From: Zancudomyces culisetae HAW-14-8
Taxonomy: Eukaryota > Fungi > Kickxellomycota
Direction of reading: 5' to 3'
Length of the DNA stretch: 64,000 bases
Assembly: GCA_052426225.1 (NCBI GenBank)
Contig: JBNJNM010000009.1
Coordinates: 434,001 to 498,000 of the forward strand
Shown: piece after piece, positions 1 to 11,412 of the stretch
How the letters are laid out: every line of letters begins with the position of its first letter
Numbering within the stretch: position 1 is the first letter of the stretch
Notes under the pieces: model-generated
Database searches by the model: none
The model's input: the letters and a program-made list of their open reading frames with translations, nothing else
Told to the model about the DNA's origin: nothing
Translations under genes and position numbers: made by a program

Positions 1-3000
1 CATCAATTGCTGTGGATCAATAAACACCTTGTCAGTATCTCGAAGTACGTTGTATATTCTAGTTGTGGTATGTAATGGAACCATATCTTTACGAGCTATA
101 CCAAACCCTAGCCCTAACCCAAAACCAAAAAAAAAGTCATCATCATTATTACTCTTCTTTTTGTCAAACTTGTAATAATCCGACCATCCAATCGTCGTAC
201 TCGATGATATATACTTGCCCTCAACACCACATTTATTATTTCTGGTAATTGTATCATTATTGTCAATTCCAAAACAATATCTTATACATTTAAGCATTTC
301 CATGCTGCGAATTATAACGGTATCTTTACAACTCGAATCAAACAACGTATCCACCATATATCCAAGGTACCGAGCCAAGACCTCAAGTGTATCTTGTTTG
401 CATCTTTCCTGACGTTTATTCTGATTTTGATTTTGATTTTGATTTTGATTTTGATTTTGATTTTGATTTTGATTTTGATTCTGCTGTTGCATTATAATAT
501 CCTTGCAAATGGAACTGGTATTATGATTATTCTGAAATGTCAATGTTACAAGTAGTGATAGTGTTGGTAAATGATGTGAACTGCTAATTCTTCCTATTCC
601 AGATACATCCTGTCCCGATATTTCGGTGCTTGCAAGTAGCTTTTCCTTTTCCAGAATAATATTGTATATCGTTGATTTGTAGCTGTCTGTATCTATATTC
701 CGCGTGTATTTCTGTTGGTTGGTATCCTTGGTCAAAAATAATAGCAGGTAATTAACTATATATATTGAATTTGAACCATGTAGAGTAGTCATGTTCTTGA
801 TAGCATAGTCCAGAACCATTATACAAACCTTTGAACTATTATTATTATTATTATTATTATTATCATTGATAAAGTAATTTGTATATATTATTATCAACAA
901 TAATACCAACACATTTTCCCATTTTTTAATCCGATTGCTATATTTGCTACTCATAATGCTAGCCGGCTGAGTCTGGCTAGTTATTTTCGTTAATATCCCA
1001 ACACAACCTTCTGCGCTCAATAAATATAGCCTGTCATTCACACTGCCTGCCACAACTGCCCACAAATGTACTGTTTTCAACAACACTACCGCCAATGTTT
1101 GAACACTAACCAGTCTCCGTTTGATCTGTTCGGTATCAAAACCATTGGTATCGACTATCTCTCCAATCAGCTCTTGTAAACAGCTTGGTTCATCTTGCTC
1201 TTGCCCGTCATTGCCCCGCCTGAAGGTATTTTGATCTTTATTATGCTTGTTGGTTTGTTGATGTAATTGTAGTTTTAATTGTAATTGTTGTTGTGTTTTA
1301 TAATTTAGTATTACAATATCGCTTGCAATTTCCAAATACAACCACTCAAAGACTGTATTGTTCAGAACGATAACATCACCACTGCTCTCAATCATTATAT
1401 ATTTCAACACGTTGTCCCATACATTGCCACCCACCAGTCTCGCCAATCCCAATGTCATTTGTTCATAGCTATGTGAAGGATTAAATAGTTCGTACACAAA
1501 CACTTCATTGATTTTCTCAAAACTTGTCGTTTCTCCAAACATCGAATGATCCAAATTAACGAGTCTATTTACCAATGCCTTGTTTTCAAGAATCTCACGC
1601 TCCAAAACTATTTCATAATCCTTTTCTTCCTCACTTTTAACAGCCGGGCTACCACAAAACAATGTCGGAATTGTTGGTCCCTTGAGCCACCGTCCATATA
1701 TATACGCCAATTTTAAACTCATCAACTGAATGTCCATGTTATACGAACTGGAATACTTCATTATTGTATGCTTAATCCCTTTTGATACAAGTTTTAAAAG
1801 CTTTGTTCTGTTTTTTCTAGTCTCCTTCAACTTCATTATTGAACTATAAAACACTTTTAAAATATTTAATTGTACTGCTCCTTCACGTCGACCCCCAAAA
1901 CTACCAAAACTACCACCACCACCATTGCCTCCAATACTACTACCTCCAATACCAACTCCAACTCCAACACTACCTCTCCCTTCACTCCCACTTTTACTAA
2001 TACCACTTCCACTCCCACTTCCACTCCCACTCCCACTTCTACTTCCACTTCCACTTCCGTTGATCCTGGAACTACCAAGCCCAATACTATACTCACTATC
2101 GCTATGCGATTCCATTGTTGATATTACCATGCCTCCACTAATATACAATACACAAAACTCTGCCACCAATACGTCATGCTGCTCATATTCACTTTGAAGC
2201 ACACTGCCGCCTTTACTATTCACCACTAACAACAACACACTTGACAACTCCATTTCATACCCTACTTTTTTATTTTGCATGCTAGTAGTGCTGTATGAAT
2301 TATACCCTCTTTTTCCAAACACCATTTGATCATCTTGCTCATTCACACCATAATAGTTTTTACCATCGCTTCTCCCATTGGCATTAATATTCGACTGCTC
2401 GTTGCTTCCACTATTCAACACAATAATTTCGTTGATCACCACACTCAGCATTCTTTCGTATTCTTTCATTTTGTAAATAGCTTCAATATTTTGCCGTGAA
2501 TATAATATCACGTATTTAAGAATCTGTACATAATTAAGCTTGACTGTCTCGTTATTTAAACTAACCGAAGCGTCTTCGCTTTCATTATCATTTGCATCGC
2601 TGTTATATTCGTTATCACTAGATTCATATCCTCGTCTCTGAAGCTTTCTTGTCCGTGATAAACCTAATGATCTCAATGTCGTTTTTCTAAATGGTGATGT
2701 GGGTGCCGAAACTGTGTCTGCTCGTGAAAACTTGCTCCCTTGCGAATCCATTTTTACTCTTTTAGCCTCTCTCAGTATCTCAGTATTTTCTCTTTTACCA
2801 CCAAATGTACGTTTGTTTCCTCCATCACTACAATATTCAAAACTATCATTGCTATCACTTTCTTGGCTGTTGCTCATCTCTGTATCTTTTTCTTTTTCTT
2901 CTTCTTCATCTTCCCGTCTTGTTTCTCTGGAAATCATCCTCTTTCTACTGTCAAGCTTCATGATTGTTTTATACTCCTTATTACATTGTCTATTCTTTTC

Positions 3001-3795
3001 TTGATATACTTTGTTGCTTTCAAGTAGATTTTGTATTTTCCCAGAAACCATCTGTAAATTGACTACTCCATTCTTTGATAATACCTGCAGCACATGCTTT
3101 ACCAGCACTTTATTGCTCGTATAGTTTGGAACAAACACCTCCCCAGAAATACCACTCCCATAATTGCACTCTTCTAACCCACCTCTATCAACATTTCTAT
3201 CAACATTTCTATTTTTATTTTTATTTTTATCTTTATTTGTATCACTTGGAGAATACAGTATTTGAAAGATATTCCTCGCCAACATTACGTTTTTTTCGAG
3301 ACGAGCAAACACACGCATTTCACTGGCCTCAATGCTCTTGATTTTACTTTTATTCCCCCCATATATCATTCTTGTCTTATTGATACCACGTACTTTGGTT
3401 TGATACAGCCGAATTTCCAACTCTAGAAAACTCACCAGTGTTGTTATTAATTTGTTGTACATTTCATTCTCATTTACTGCTGTTGTTTCTTCTGTTGTTG
3501 CTGTTGCTGTTGTTGTTGTTGTTGTTGTTGCCCCAAGAGCTTGTATCACTCCTTCGTTTGATCTACCGACCCTATTTCCAACACTCGAACTACTTGTGCC
3601 AAATTCGTACTCTTGTATCGATTCTGTGTTTGTTTGTGACTCCAAATCTAAATCCAGGTCTAAATCTCGTTCTTGAACCCTTCTATTTCGCTCGCTTTCG
3701 GTTTCCAAAATACATGATATTGAAACTATCGCATTTTGTCGCTCCGTTAACCCTGTCGACACGAGTTTGTCTATATGTTCTACTATTGCCTCCAT
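1..3795 (-). CDS. TEL1: Large protein, partial (runs off left edge); N-terminus resembles the Tel1/ATM TAN domain
   Basis: Manual translation from ATG at 3795: MEAIVEHIDKLVSTGLTERQNAIVSISCILE...LELEIRLYQ...ARLEKNVMLARNIF...KVLVKHVLQVL...LNYVQILKYVILYSRQNIEAI. No stop seen in the stretches translated (1-1080, 2461-3795, spot checks between), and position 1 is in the same frame. Pattern matches the TAN L-x-S-x-x-x-x-ER-x-x-A motif and later helices. Kinase domain not in window, so identity is less certain than the ORF. Confidence 0.6.
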   Translation of the reverse strand, partial: MEAIVEHIDKLVSTGLTERQNAIVSISCILETESERNRRVQERDLDLDLDLESQTNTESIQEYEFGTSSSSVGNRVGRSNEGVIQALGATTTTTTTATATTEETTAVNENEMYNKLITTLVSFLELEIRLYQTKVRGINKTRMIYGGNKSKIKSIEASEMRVFARLEKNVMLARNIFQILYSPSDTNKDKNKNKNRNVDRNVDRGGLEECNYGSGISGEVFVPNYTSNKVLVKHVLQVLSKNGVVNLQMVSGKIQNLLESNKVYQEKNRQCNKEYKTIMKLDSRKRMISRETRREDEEEEKEKDTEMSNSQESDSNDSFEYCSDGGNKRTFGGKRENTEILREAKRVKMDSQGSKFSRADTVSAPTSPFRKTTLRSLGLSRTRKLQRRGYESSDNEYNSDANDNESEDASVSLNNETVKLNYVQILKYVILYSRQNIEAIYKMKEYERMLSVVINEIIVLNSGSNEQSNINANGRSDGKNYYGVNEQDDQMVFGKRGYNSYSTTSMQNKKVGYEMELSSVLLLVVNSKGGSVLQSEYEQHDVLVAEFCVLYISGGMVISTMESHSDSEYSIGLGSSRINGSGSGSRSGSGSGSGSGSGISKSGSEGRGSVGVGVGIGGSSIGGNGGGGSFGSFGGRREGAVQLNILKVFYSSIMKLKETRKNRTKLLKLVSKGIKHTIMKYSSSYNMDIQLMSLKLAYIYGRWLKGPTIPTLFCGSPAVKSEEEKDYEIVLEREILENKALVNRLVNLDHSMFGETTSFEKINEVFVYELFNPSHSYEQMTLGLARLVGGNVWDNVLKYIMIESSGDVIVLNNTVFEWLYLEIASDIVILNYKTQQQLQLKLQLHQQTNKHNKDQNTFRRGNDGQEQDEPSCLQELIGEIVDTNGFDTEQIKRRLVSVQTLAVVLLKTVHLWAVVAGSVNDRLYLLSAEGCVGILTKITSQTQPASIMSSKYSNRIKKWENVLVLLLIIIYTNYFINDNNNNNNNNSSKVCIMVLDYAIKNMTTLHGSNSIYIVNYLLLFLTKDTNQQKYTRNIDTDSYKSTIYNIILEKEKLLASTEISGQDVSGIGRISSSHHLPTLSLLVTLTFQNNHNTSSICKDIIMQQQNQNQNQNQNQNQNQNQNQNQNKRQERCKQDTLEVLARYLGYMVDTLFDSSCKDTVIIRSMEMLKCIRYCFGIDNNDTITRNNKCGVEGKYISSSTTIGWSDYYKFDKKKSNNDDDFFFGFGLGLGFGIARKDMVPLHTTTRIYNVLRDTDKVFIDPQQLM
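421..483. repeat. (TTTTGA)n hexamer repeat, coding (QN)n in the minus-strand ORF
   Basis: About 10 tandem hexamers. Confidence 0.9.
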
Positions 3796-6196
3796 TCTTT
3801 GTACATTTATTTATTTACTTGTTTATTTACTTGTTTGTTTGTTTATTTATTTTTATTTCTCAATTTCTTTTTTCTTTTCTCTTTTCTCTTCTTTTTTTTT
3901 CTGTAGTTTAAAGTATAAATCTTTAGTAATGAAAAACAAAAAGAAATGACAATACTAATAATAATAATAATAATAATAGTAATGTGTCAATCGAGTATTA
4001 AAAAAGTTATCAAACTATACTTTTCCAAACACCACAAATTTAGATTTGTTTGTTGACTGGTTTTCTTTTCCGCTTTAATTGTTTTCATTAAATTTTTTTT
4101 TTTTACATTTTAAGATTATTATCTTTTGATCACTTGATACAAATCACGCTTTACATTTGCGAAAATATACAAGATTATTTATATCAACAAAAAAGAAATA
4201 AGAAAATAAAAACAGCTCAACTCTAAAGTGATGGGAAAGCGGTAGAATGCAAGACAAAAGACAAAATACAAGAAAGGAGAAGGGAAAAAATGAAAAAGTG
4301 AAAAAGTGGCTACTTGGAGTAACATTACAGAAAATTACATCACCCCTTCGTTTTTTTTCCTCTACTCTCTGGTAATCAATACTAAGTAAGGATGCTACAA
4401 TTTTTTAGCATTGAGCTGGAACCTTATTTTTATTTGGAAAGTTTTGTACATGATGGTGGGGGGGGAGAGGGGGGGCTTGCAACTTGATTTTTCTATTCAT
4501 TTATTTCCATTCACGTGCTTTTCCGAGTTTGAAAGCATGAGAGACTTGAGAAACCTTTTTAGTTTGCAATCATAGAGTGGAATAAGGTAATTAGACAATA
4601 CTGAACTATTTAAAGGCTTGAGGGTCGCTTCAGGACCAAATTACTTTAAACTATTCATTATTAATAAACTGGGTTCAAGAATACAATAAAAGCAAAATAA
4701 AACATAAATATGTATATAGGATATTCAAATTGGATGCCAGTTTTTATTGAATCAAATCCAAAATATAATCGATCAGTTATTGACTCCTATAGTCGAAACA
4801 TAGTAGAATGTACATTTATCTAGTGAATTAATACGTAGATGCATATGAACCTGTCACAGCTATGCTTTTACGTTTCAGTATGCTTTATTAAACATGTCAC
4901 TGAATATCAAACGCAATGCAATCATAATTAGTAATTCTCTCACACTTCACACTTCACACTTCACACTTTCACTCTCACTACCCCCTCCTGCTAACAGATT
5001 CAAGACTATTTTTCATATCTGTATTTTTCCGATTATCCTGTCCATACTTGGTTGGTTTTTTTTGGTTAATCAAAAATAATAATAAAAGATTATAAAAAAA
5101 GCTTTTTTTTTCTCCTTAATCCTACTTTTTGTTTTTCGCCTCGACATAATATCATTCTTCAAATAATAATATATCAAGCAACACAAAACATTTTTTCTTG
5201 GGTATTAAATCGTTTTACCTTTGAAATACTATTCTGTTTAAATGTAGATAATAAGAGACCAACAGTAATCCGTGGTGTAAATTACCATTCGAATGTTTGT
5301 AACATATTATATACGCCATTTGTAAACTCCTAGCTATTAGCAAAATGATGAATTGTTATAAAATCTTTTGAAAAAAAAAAAAAAAAAAAAGATAATTAAA
5401 ATTTTTACTTTTACAAGTAGTTTCACTCCCCCTTTGTGTTGAAAAAAAAAATACTTAATCAATAATAACTTTAAAGAGTTTAACCATGATCAGCCAGTGT
5501 TTGTGCTATATTTTTTACCATTTTGAGAATGCATCCGACTATTCATTCAGCCTATTCTAATTAAATTTAGAGGTACCAGCAATACTTTTATAAAGGCATT
5601 ATTTCCGTGCTATACTTAACTCTTAGCATTATACAATGTTTTACATAAACCAATTTGTTATATTACTACATTTGCTGTTACTAAGAAAAATAAATATTAT
5701 CGCTTTGATCTTTTTTTAGAATAAAAACACTATTATCTCACAAATTCCGTTGGTCGGGTTTGCTATTAAAAAAAAATTTCCAGCGATAACCAAAACGAAA
5801 ATCAAAAATATAAAATTTTATCGAATTTATTGAATTTATAAATAGATTATATCCTCAATCTTGTAATATAATTTACAAGTTTACCTAACTAGTATGTTAA
5901 AAATAGAAGTTCTATTATTATACTATATTTATTCAATTTATATACATATGAAAATAATTAAAACTTTTATTTTTTTTTTCTTGATGAATTCATTAATGGT
6001 CAAAGATATCCTTTTTTTTTCGTATTTAAACAAACTTGCTTTGCCTTGTTTCACTTTATCTTTAATATTCAAAACGATTTTTCATTATTAAATAGCATTA
6101 CACTCCAAGATATTCATTCAAACTAAAAGTTCCATTAAACCACTTCAACTTTAATAAAATAAAATAAAATAAAATAAAAACAACAACAGATTAAAA

Positions 6197-6784
6197 ATGC
6201 AATATACACACGCCATATACACGATCTTTATGCTGATGGCAACTTACATTGAGGGTAAGCCTGCAAGCGAAATGAACTTGGCACACGGAAGCGATAGTAC
6301 TGCTGGACTTTTGAAGAGAAAGCTCGTGTTAAACTCGCCACTAATCCATCTAGAAGACAATGAAATGATAAAAGACGATTCACAATCCCTCGAAAATGAA
6401 CTTGTGAAGAAGGGTGATTTCAAGATTGCAAACTACCTGAGCACATCACAAAAAAATCTCAGAAAGCGCAATGAACAAAGTAACAGCAGTAGTCTATCCG
6501 ACAGATTATTGTGTCTATTTGGAGGTTGCCCCCCTCCACCACCACCACCACCACCAGTTGTTTATCAGTACGTTACTTGTTATGAAACCCGCCACATACC
6601 AGTCTACACCACAGTATACTATAAGCCTGATGTAAGCACCAAATGGATTACAAATACTGTAACAGGTACAACTTCTGTAAGCAACACAAAGGCAACAACA
6701 GTAACTACAACTGTTCCGGCCACAGCATCAACTACAAGTTATACTACAGTGACTAGAACTTCCACTCTAACAGACCAGTGTTAA
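6197..6784 (+). CDS. Secreted Pro/Thr-rich protein with pro-region
   Basis: Hydrophobic N-terminal signal peptide, dibasic KR sites, LSDR, poly-Pro then Thr-rich tail. Confidence 0.8.
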   Translation: MQYTHAIYTIFMLMATYIEGKPASEMNLAHGSDSTAGLLKRKLVLNSPLIHLEDNEMIKDDSQSLENELVKKGDFKIANYLSTSQKNLRKRNEQSNSSSLSDRLLCLFGGCPPPPPPPPPVVYQYVTCYETRHIPVYTTVYYKPDVSTKWITNTVTGTTSVSNTKATTVTTTVPATASTTSYTTVTRTSTLTDQC

Positions 6785-7037
6785 TCTTGACTTTTTTTTT
6801 TTTTTCACTCTCATTTTTTCGTTTTTCATTTTTGTTTTTTGTTTTTTCATTAGTGATATTTAACTTTGGCAATTAGCATTTGGATTATTTTTAGAATTTA
6901 GGCAAGACTCTTACTCACACTCTCACTCACCTTTTCCCTCTCTCTTTTGTTTCTCTTTCTATTCTCTTTTATGAACAATATAAAACCTTTTTTTTTTTTG
7001 CTTTTTCCTTTTTGCCTCTCCTCCTCCTCCTCCTCCT

Positions 7038-7082
7038 CCCCATCCCCATCCCCATCCCCATCCCCATCCCCATCCCCATCCC
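7038..7082. repeat. (CCCCAT)7 microsatellite preceded by (CCT)n
   Basis: Seven perfect tandem hexamers. Confidence 0.9.
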
Positions 7083-7710
7083 AGGAAAAGTCATATTATT
7101 TTGTTTTTTCAAAAGAGTTACCCATTTAGCATTAAAAAATAAAAAATTTTGAAAAGTTTTTACCATATAATAATAACAACAAGTAAAACTATAAAAGCAA
7201 GGAAAGGTGGGAGCAAAAGTTATAAAAGTACCATAAAATGACATTTAAAAGTGGAATTACAACAATCCTTTTTTTTTTGTCTTTTTGTCTTTTCTGTCAC
7301 CACCACATTTTCTTTTTGTTTTGATGTCTTTACAATTTTTTAAAAGTCAACTAAATAAAAGAAAAAGAAAACAAATAATAATATAGTAATATTAAAGATC
7401 TATAAAAATCTGAAAACATTTAAATATTAAACTTTCAATTACAATATTCCTAAAAAGTAAAAAAAAATTTTTTAATTTTTATTTCAAATTATTAGTATAA
7501 TTATTGGAAAAATTATAGAAAATAAGAGAAATGAGCAATAAAAAAATAATAATAAAAACTAAAATAAAAAATAAAAAAACTAAATCGTAAATAAAGCTAG
7601 CTTGTGTTTATAAACAAATATAAACAATTGTTTTATTATTATTTGACTTGCATGATTTAATTGTAAACAAAGAAAAAAAGAAAAAAAAGTAAAGGGAAAA
7701 GTAAAAGGAA

Positions 7711-9547
7711 ATGGAAATGGAGCGGCAAGATCAGGAAAGTATATACTTTAAAAAGTACCGAAAGGTGGTGGTGGCCAAGCTGGCATATTCACTAGCAAGT
7801 TGTGTAGGGCTAAATCTGCTCTTGAGTGCGTTGTTGGAGATTGTATATTTCAATTGGGTATTTGGTAAGTTGAAGAAAAAGGATCTAGTCTTTTAAATGT
7901 TAAATATAAAAGTAATCGAAACAATGTTTTATTAATGGAATAATTTATATTCTTGGTGTGTGGTATGGAAATTAGGAATAGTATACAATTCAATATTGGG
8001 AGGAATCCTTGGAATGACGATTGTACTGAGTGTTGTCAGTGGGATAAAGCATTTTGAAAAGTACAAGGAGCTTATGGGTAAGTAAAGCCAACTTGTAAAC
8101 AAAATAAAAATACTTGATAGTAAGTATAAATATATAAAAGAAAAATGGAATAAAAAAGAGGTATTGATAATTGGAAAATATAGCAAAGGGAAAAGTAAAA
8201 CAGTACCAGAGTCCAATTGAGAAAAAAGTGGCGATTAATGTAATGATTGAAGGGATGGTGATTTTAGCATTGAGTCGGTTTGGGGGGAGAGGGGGAAGAG
8301 GAAGAGTAGGAGGAGGAGGAGGAAGTGGGTATGGAGAATTTTGGATGTTTCCGGAGGGAGCTAGAGGGTACCCACAAGTAAATCCTAGTATGGTTATGGG
8401 AATGGTGATGGCAGTTTACTATGGAATAGTTTATAGTGGGATAAAAGAAATGATATGTCGAGAACAAAGCAAAAGTAAAAATAAAAATAAAAGCAAAAAT
8501 GGAAAGGAGAAAGTATTAGAGTTAAGATTGACACGAGCAATAGTAAACAAGAGGGTGATTAAGGCGAGTTTGTCATATGGGGTACGGATATGGATAGGAT
8601 TTGTAGGGGTATACGCGGTGATGGGGGACAAGATGTATCAAGTAATAAGTAGGATAGTATCGATGGCGTATGAAACAGTTGAGTATTCGGTAGGAAATCC
8701 GATAATGTATATAGGAGACAGCATATTTGTGTTAGTTTGTATATGTATAGGAAGTTTGATTACAGAGATTGCAGAGAATCAAATGGAAAAGATGATTGAA
8801 CATAAAATGACATTGATGGAAGGAACAGCAGTAATGGTACAAATAGTTAATGATATAAAAGAACAAGAACAAGAACAAAAACAAAAACAAGATCAACAAA
8901 AGAATTCGAGGTATAATGATTATAATGGAGAGAAAAAAGACAAGAAAAGGGGAGGACGTACAGCATTACTTGGATCGCTTATGGAAGAATCGATGCGACT
9001 TCCAATGGCATCAGAACAACTATTAAGAATATGTATGAGTGAACCTTTGGTTCGAGAAATGATATATTTGGAAATGGGAGATGGAGAATTGGAAAAGTAC
9101 ATAAATGGAGTGATAGAAATGATCAATAGAGAAACGAAAAAAATAGAAAATAGAGAATTGAAAGTAGACAAAAAGGAGTGTGTAGAACGAATAGATGTAG
9201 GTGTAGGTGTAGGTGTAGATATTCAGATACAGATAAATACAATTCGAACAGTGTTTGGACTGATTGTTTGGTCAAAAACGCAGGATAAATATGGACGAGT
9301 ACAACGTCATGTGGCTAAAATGATATCAGCAAGCAGCAAATACTATGAAGTATTGGGATTATCACTGATAGAAAAAAACAGAAAACAGGAAGAGGTAAAA
9401 GTAGAAAGGGAAGATGGGAAGGTAAAAGAGGAGGTAGAGGTAGAGGAAGAAGAAGAGGAAGAAGCATTGAGAAGAGTAATTGCACAAGGAATATACGCAG
9501 TAAAAATAGAGTTTTATCAATATATGGACGAGCTAATGAATTGTTAG
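7711..9547 (+). CDS. NDC1: Nucleoporin NDC1-like, 3 exons (7711-7864, 7976-8077, 8184-9547)
   Basis: GTAAGT..TAG introns 7865-7975 and 8078-8183 join in frame; multiple N-terminal TM segments; C-terminal LIVWSKTQDKYGRVQ and LRRVIAQGIYAVKIEF match the NDC1 'S-x-x-EDxYGxVQ' and 'IYxIxxxF' pattern. Confidence 0.75.
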
Positions 9548-11412
9548 TTGAAAAAGAGATCCGGATGAAGGGATTGAGAGTCAATGTCTGCCTTGTAGAA
9601 TTGGTGGTTTGGAAGGATTGAAGAGTCGACAAAGCAATGGTCAATAACGCCCTGTTCTGCCAAGAATTCAAGAACCAAATGGTTTGACGTATGAATAATC
9701 TGTGCTGGATCTCCATCATACTTGTTTCCGCGTCGTAGCCGCGCAACCCACGGAAGAATCGAAATTACATCCGAGAAATGCTGGTGTCCTGCCCGTTTGA
9801 CTGTCACTGAGTACAGCGGTGGCTTTGGTATTGCTGTGTTGCCGTTAAAGTATGCGTGTGCATCCAAATTGTGTTCTGGCCATCGGTGGAAATGCTCGCT
9901 GTGTATCGCAATCGATGGCACATCAATATACGGCTTTTCCTTATCTACTGGAAACATCCACGGATCAAACGTTACTGCCGCCTTGAATATCGACCACGGC
10001 TGCTTGATTGCTTCCAGTGTCGACGTTCCTCCAAAACTGTGTCCCATCATCACTATTCTGTTGCGGTCTATACGTCCTGCCAGCTGTCTTCCAACATCTA
10101 TTTCTCTCTTATTCCCAATTTCTTCTTTTTCTTTTTCTCCTTCTTCAAAATAGTTTGTACGTATATTTTCTTCTTTTCCTTCATCAAATTCTAATATCAC
10201 TTTCACTGTTTCCTTGATTTCCCGGATTCTTTGATCCAATTTCGCTTTTTGAAATACTAATCGTTGTGGCCCAAACTCTTCCTCCTCCTTAATCCCCCGT
10301 TCTGCCGCATAGTCTCTAAAATCATCGTACCCTAGCGCCTGTTTTTGATCTGCCAGGTACGTCGTACTCGCTGTGCCATCGCGATGCTCCATTGCTACCA
10401 CTATTGCCCCGTACGATGCCATTTCCCGGCATATCGCTGAATATGTTGTCCGGTTTCCTGCCAGTCCATGGCTAAATATTATCACTGGCATCTTTTTGTT
10501 TCGTAGTATACTCTCTCCTTCTCCTTCTTCTTTTCCTTCCCTTTCCATTTCTCTTTTTGTTTCTATTTTTGTTTCTGTCTCTTGTTTTTCTTGCTTTTCT
10601 TGCTTTTCTTGCTTTTCTTGGTTATTAGTTCCCACCAGTTCTACTTCCTCATAATTCTTTTTCCCTCCTCCCTCTTTATAATCAATCAACTGCGCTCTAT
10701 TAAACACTGGCATTTTGATCCCCTTCAAGAATATCCTGAACACTGCTATTGTTACCCACTTGGGCAACTTGGCAAAGTTTCCGTACCCAAGCGCATATCC
10801 TCTCTTGGGTTCTGGCAACCACTCTGGCTGTTGCTGCTCGTCTTTTTTTTTATGTTCATGGTTTTTATTTTCTTGCTGGCCTACTCGTTGTGCCTCAACT
10901 GATGTTGTACTTTTGGGATCTGCTGGGTAATACAATCTAAAACATAATGTACTGGGAATAACCCGCTTCTTTTTAATATCCAACTGGTGTTCCTTGATTT
11001 TATCAATACCACTACTATTACTAGCTGTTCTACTAACGGTTCCACTTGCCGTGTTGCTGGTTGTTGGTGTTAAAAAAAATGCAGAGTTGAAATCAAATTC
11101 TCCTTCCGGCTTCCACTCATAATCATATATTCCCACCGGGTACGGCCCCGTCTGCTTTGGCAACTCGGGATTTATCCCCCGTCTAATCTTGCTAAACAAC
11201 GACTTGATGTGCCCCAACCCACTTTCCTTTTTTCCTCCACTTTCATTGCTACCACCCATTTCAATCCCTGTATTATCTGGAATATCCTTCCCCTCTCCTT
11301 GCATCCGAATCGATTCGTCTCTGCCAACAAATTTTGACTCTGCCCCTGACTCATTTACCGTGGTTATACCACTACTACTGGGTACTGCACTGGTACTTTG
11401 TTGCGCTTCCAT
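9544..11412 (-). CDS. Platelet-activating factor acetylhydrolase (PAF-AH II family) alpha/beta hydrolase
   Basis: GPYPVG, RLYYP, FSHGLAGNRTTYS, EHRDGTA, GHSFGG nucleophile motif, DPWMFP, HQHFSD. Confidence 0.9.
   Translation of the reverse strand: MEAQQSTSAVPSSSGITTVNESGAESKFVGRDESIRMQGEGKDIPDNTGIEMGGSNESGGKKESGLGHIKSLFSKIRRGINPELPKQTGPYPVGIYDYEWKPEGEFDFNSAFFLTPTTSNTASGTVSRTASNSSGIDKIKEHQLDIKKKRVIPSTLCFRLYYPADPKSTTSVEAQRVGQQENKNHEHKKKDEQQQPEWLPEPKRGYALGYGNFAKLPKWVTIAVFRIFLKGIKMPVFNRAQLIDYKEGGGKKNYEEVELVGTNNQEKQEKQEKQEKQETETKIETKREMEREGKEEGEGESILRNKKMPVIIFSHGLAGNRTTYSAICREMASYGAIVVAMEHRDGTASTTYLADQKQALGYDDFRDYAAERGIKEEEEFGPQRLVFQKAKLDQRIREIKETVKVILEFDEGKEENIRTNYFEEGEKEKEEIGNKREIDVGRQLAGRIDRNRIVMMGHSFGGTSTLEAIKQPWSIFKAAVTFDPWMFPVDKEKPYIDVPSIAIHSEHFHRWPEHNLDAHAYFNGNTAIPKPPLYSVTVKRAGHQHFSDVISILPWVARLRRGNKYDGDPAQIIHTSNHLVLEFLAEQGVIDHCFVDSSILPNHQFYKADIDSQSLHPDLFFN

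Noticed and set aside
101-126. Telomere-like CCCTA(A/G) repeats
   Set aside because: Only 2-3 imperfect units, coding for FGFGLGLGFG inside the ORF
63-3949. Many short ORFs on + and the VEVGV-rich ORF 1866-2096
   Set aside because: Shadows or alternate frames of the long minus-strand gene and its microsatellites
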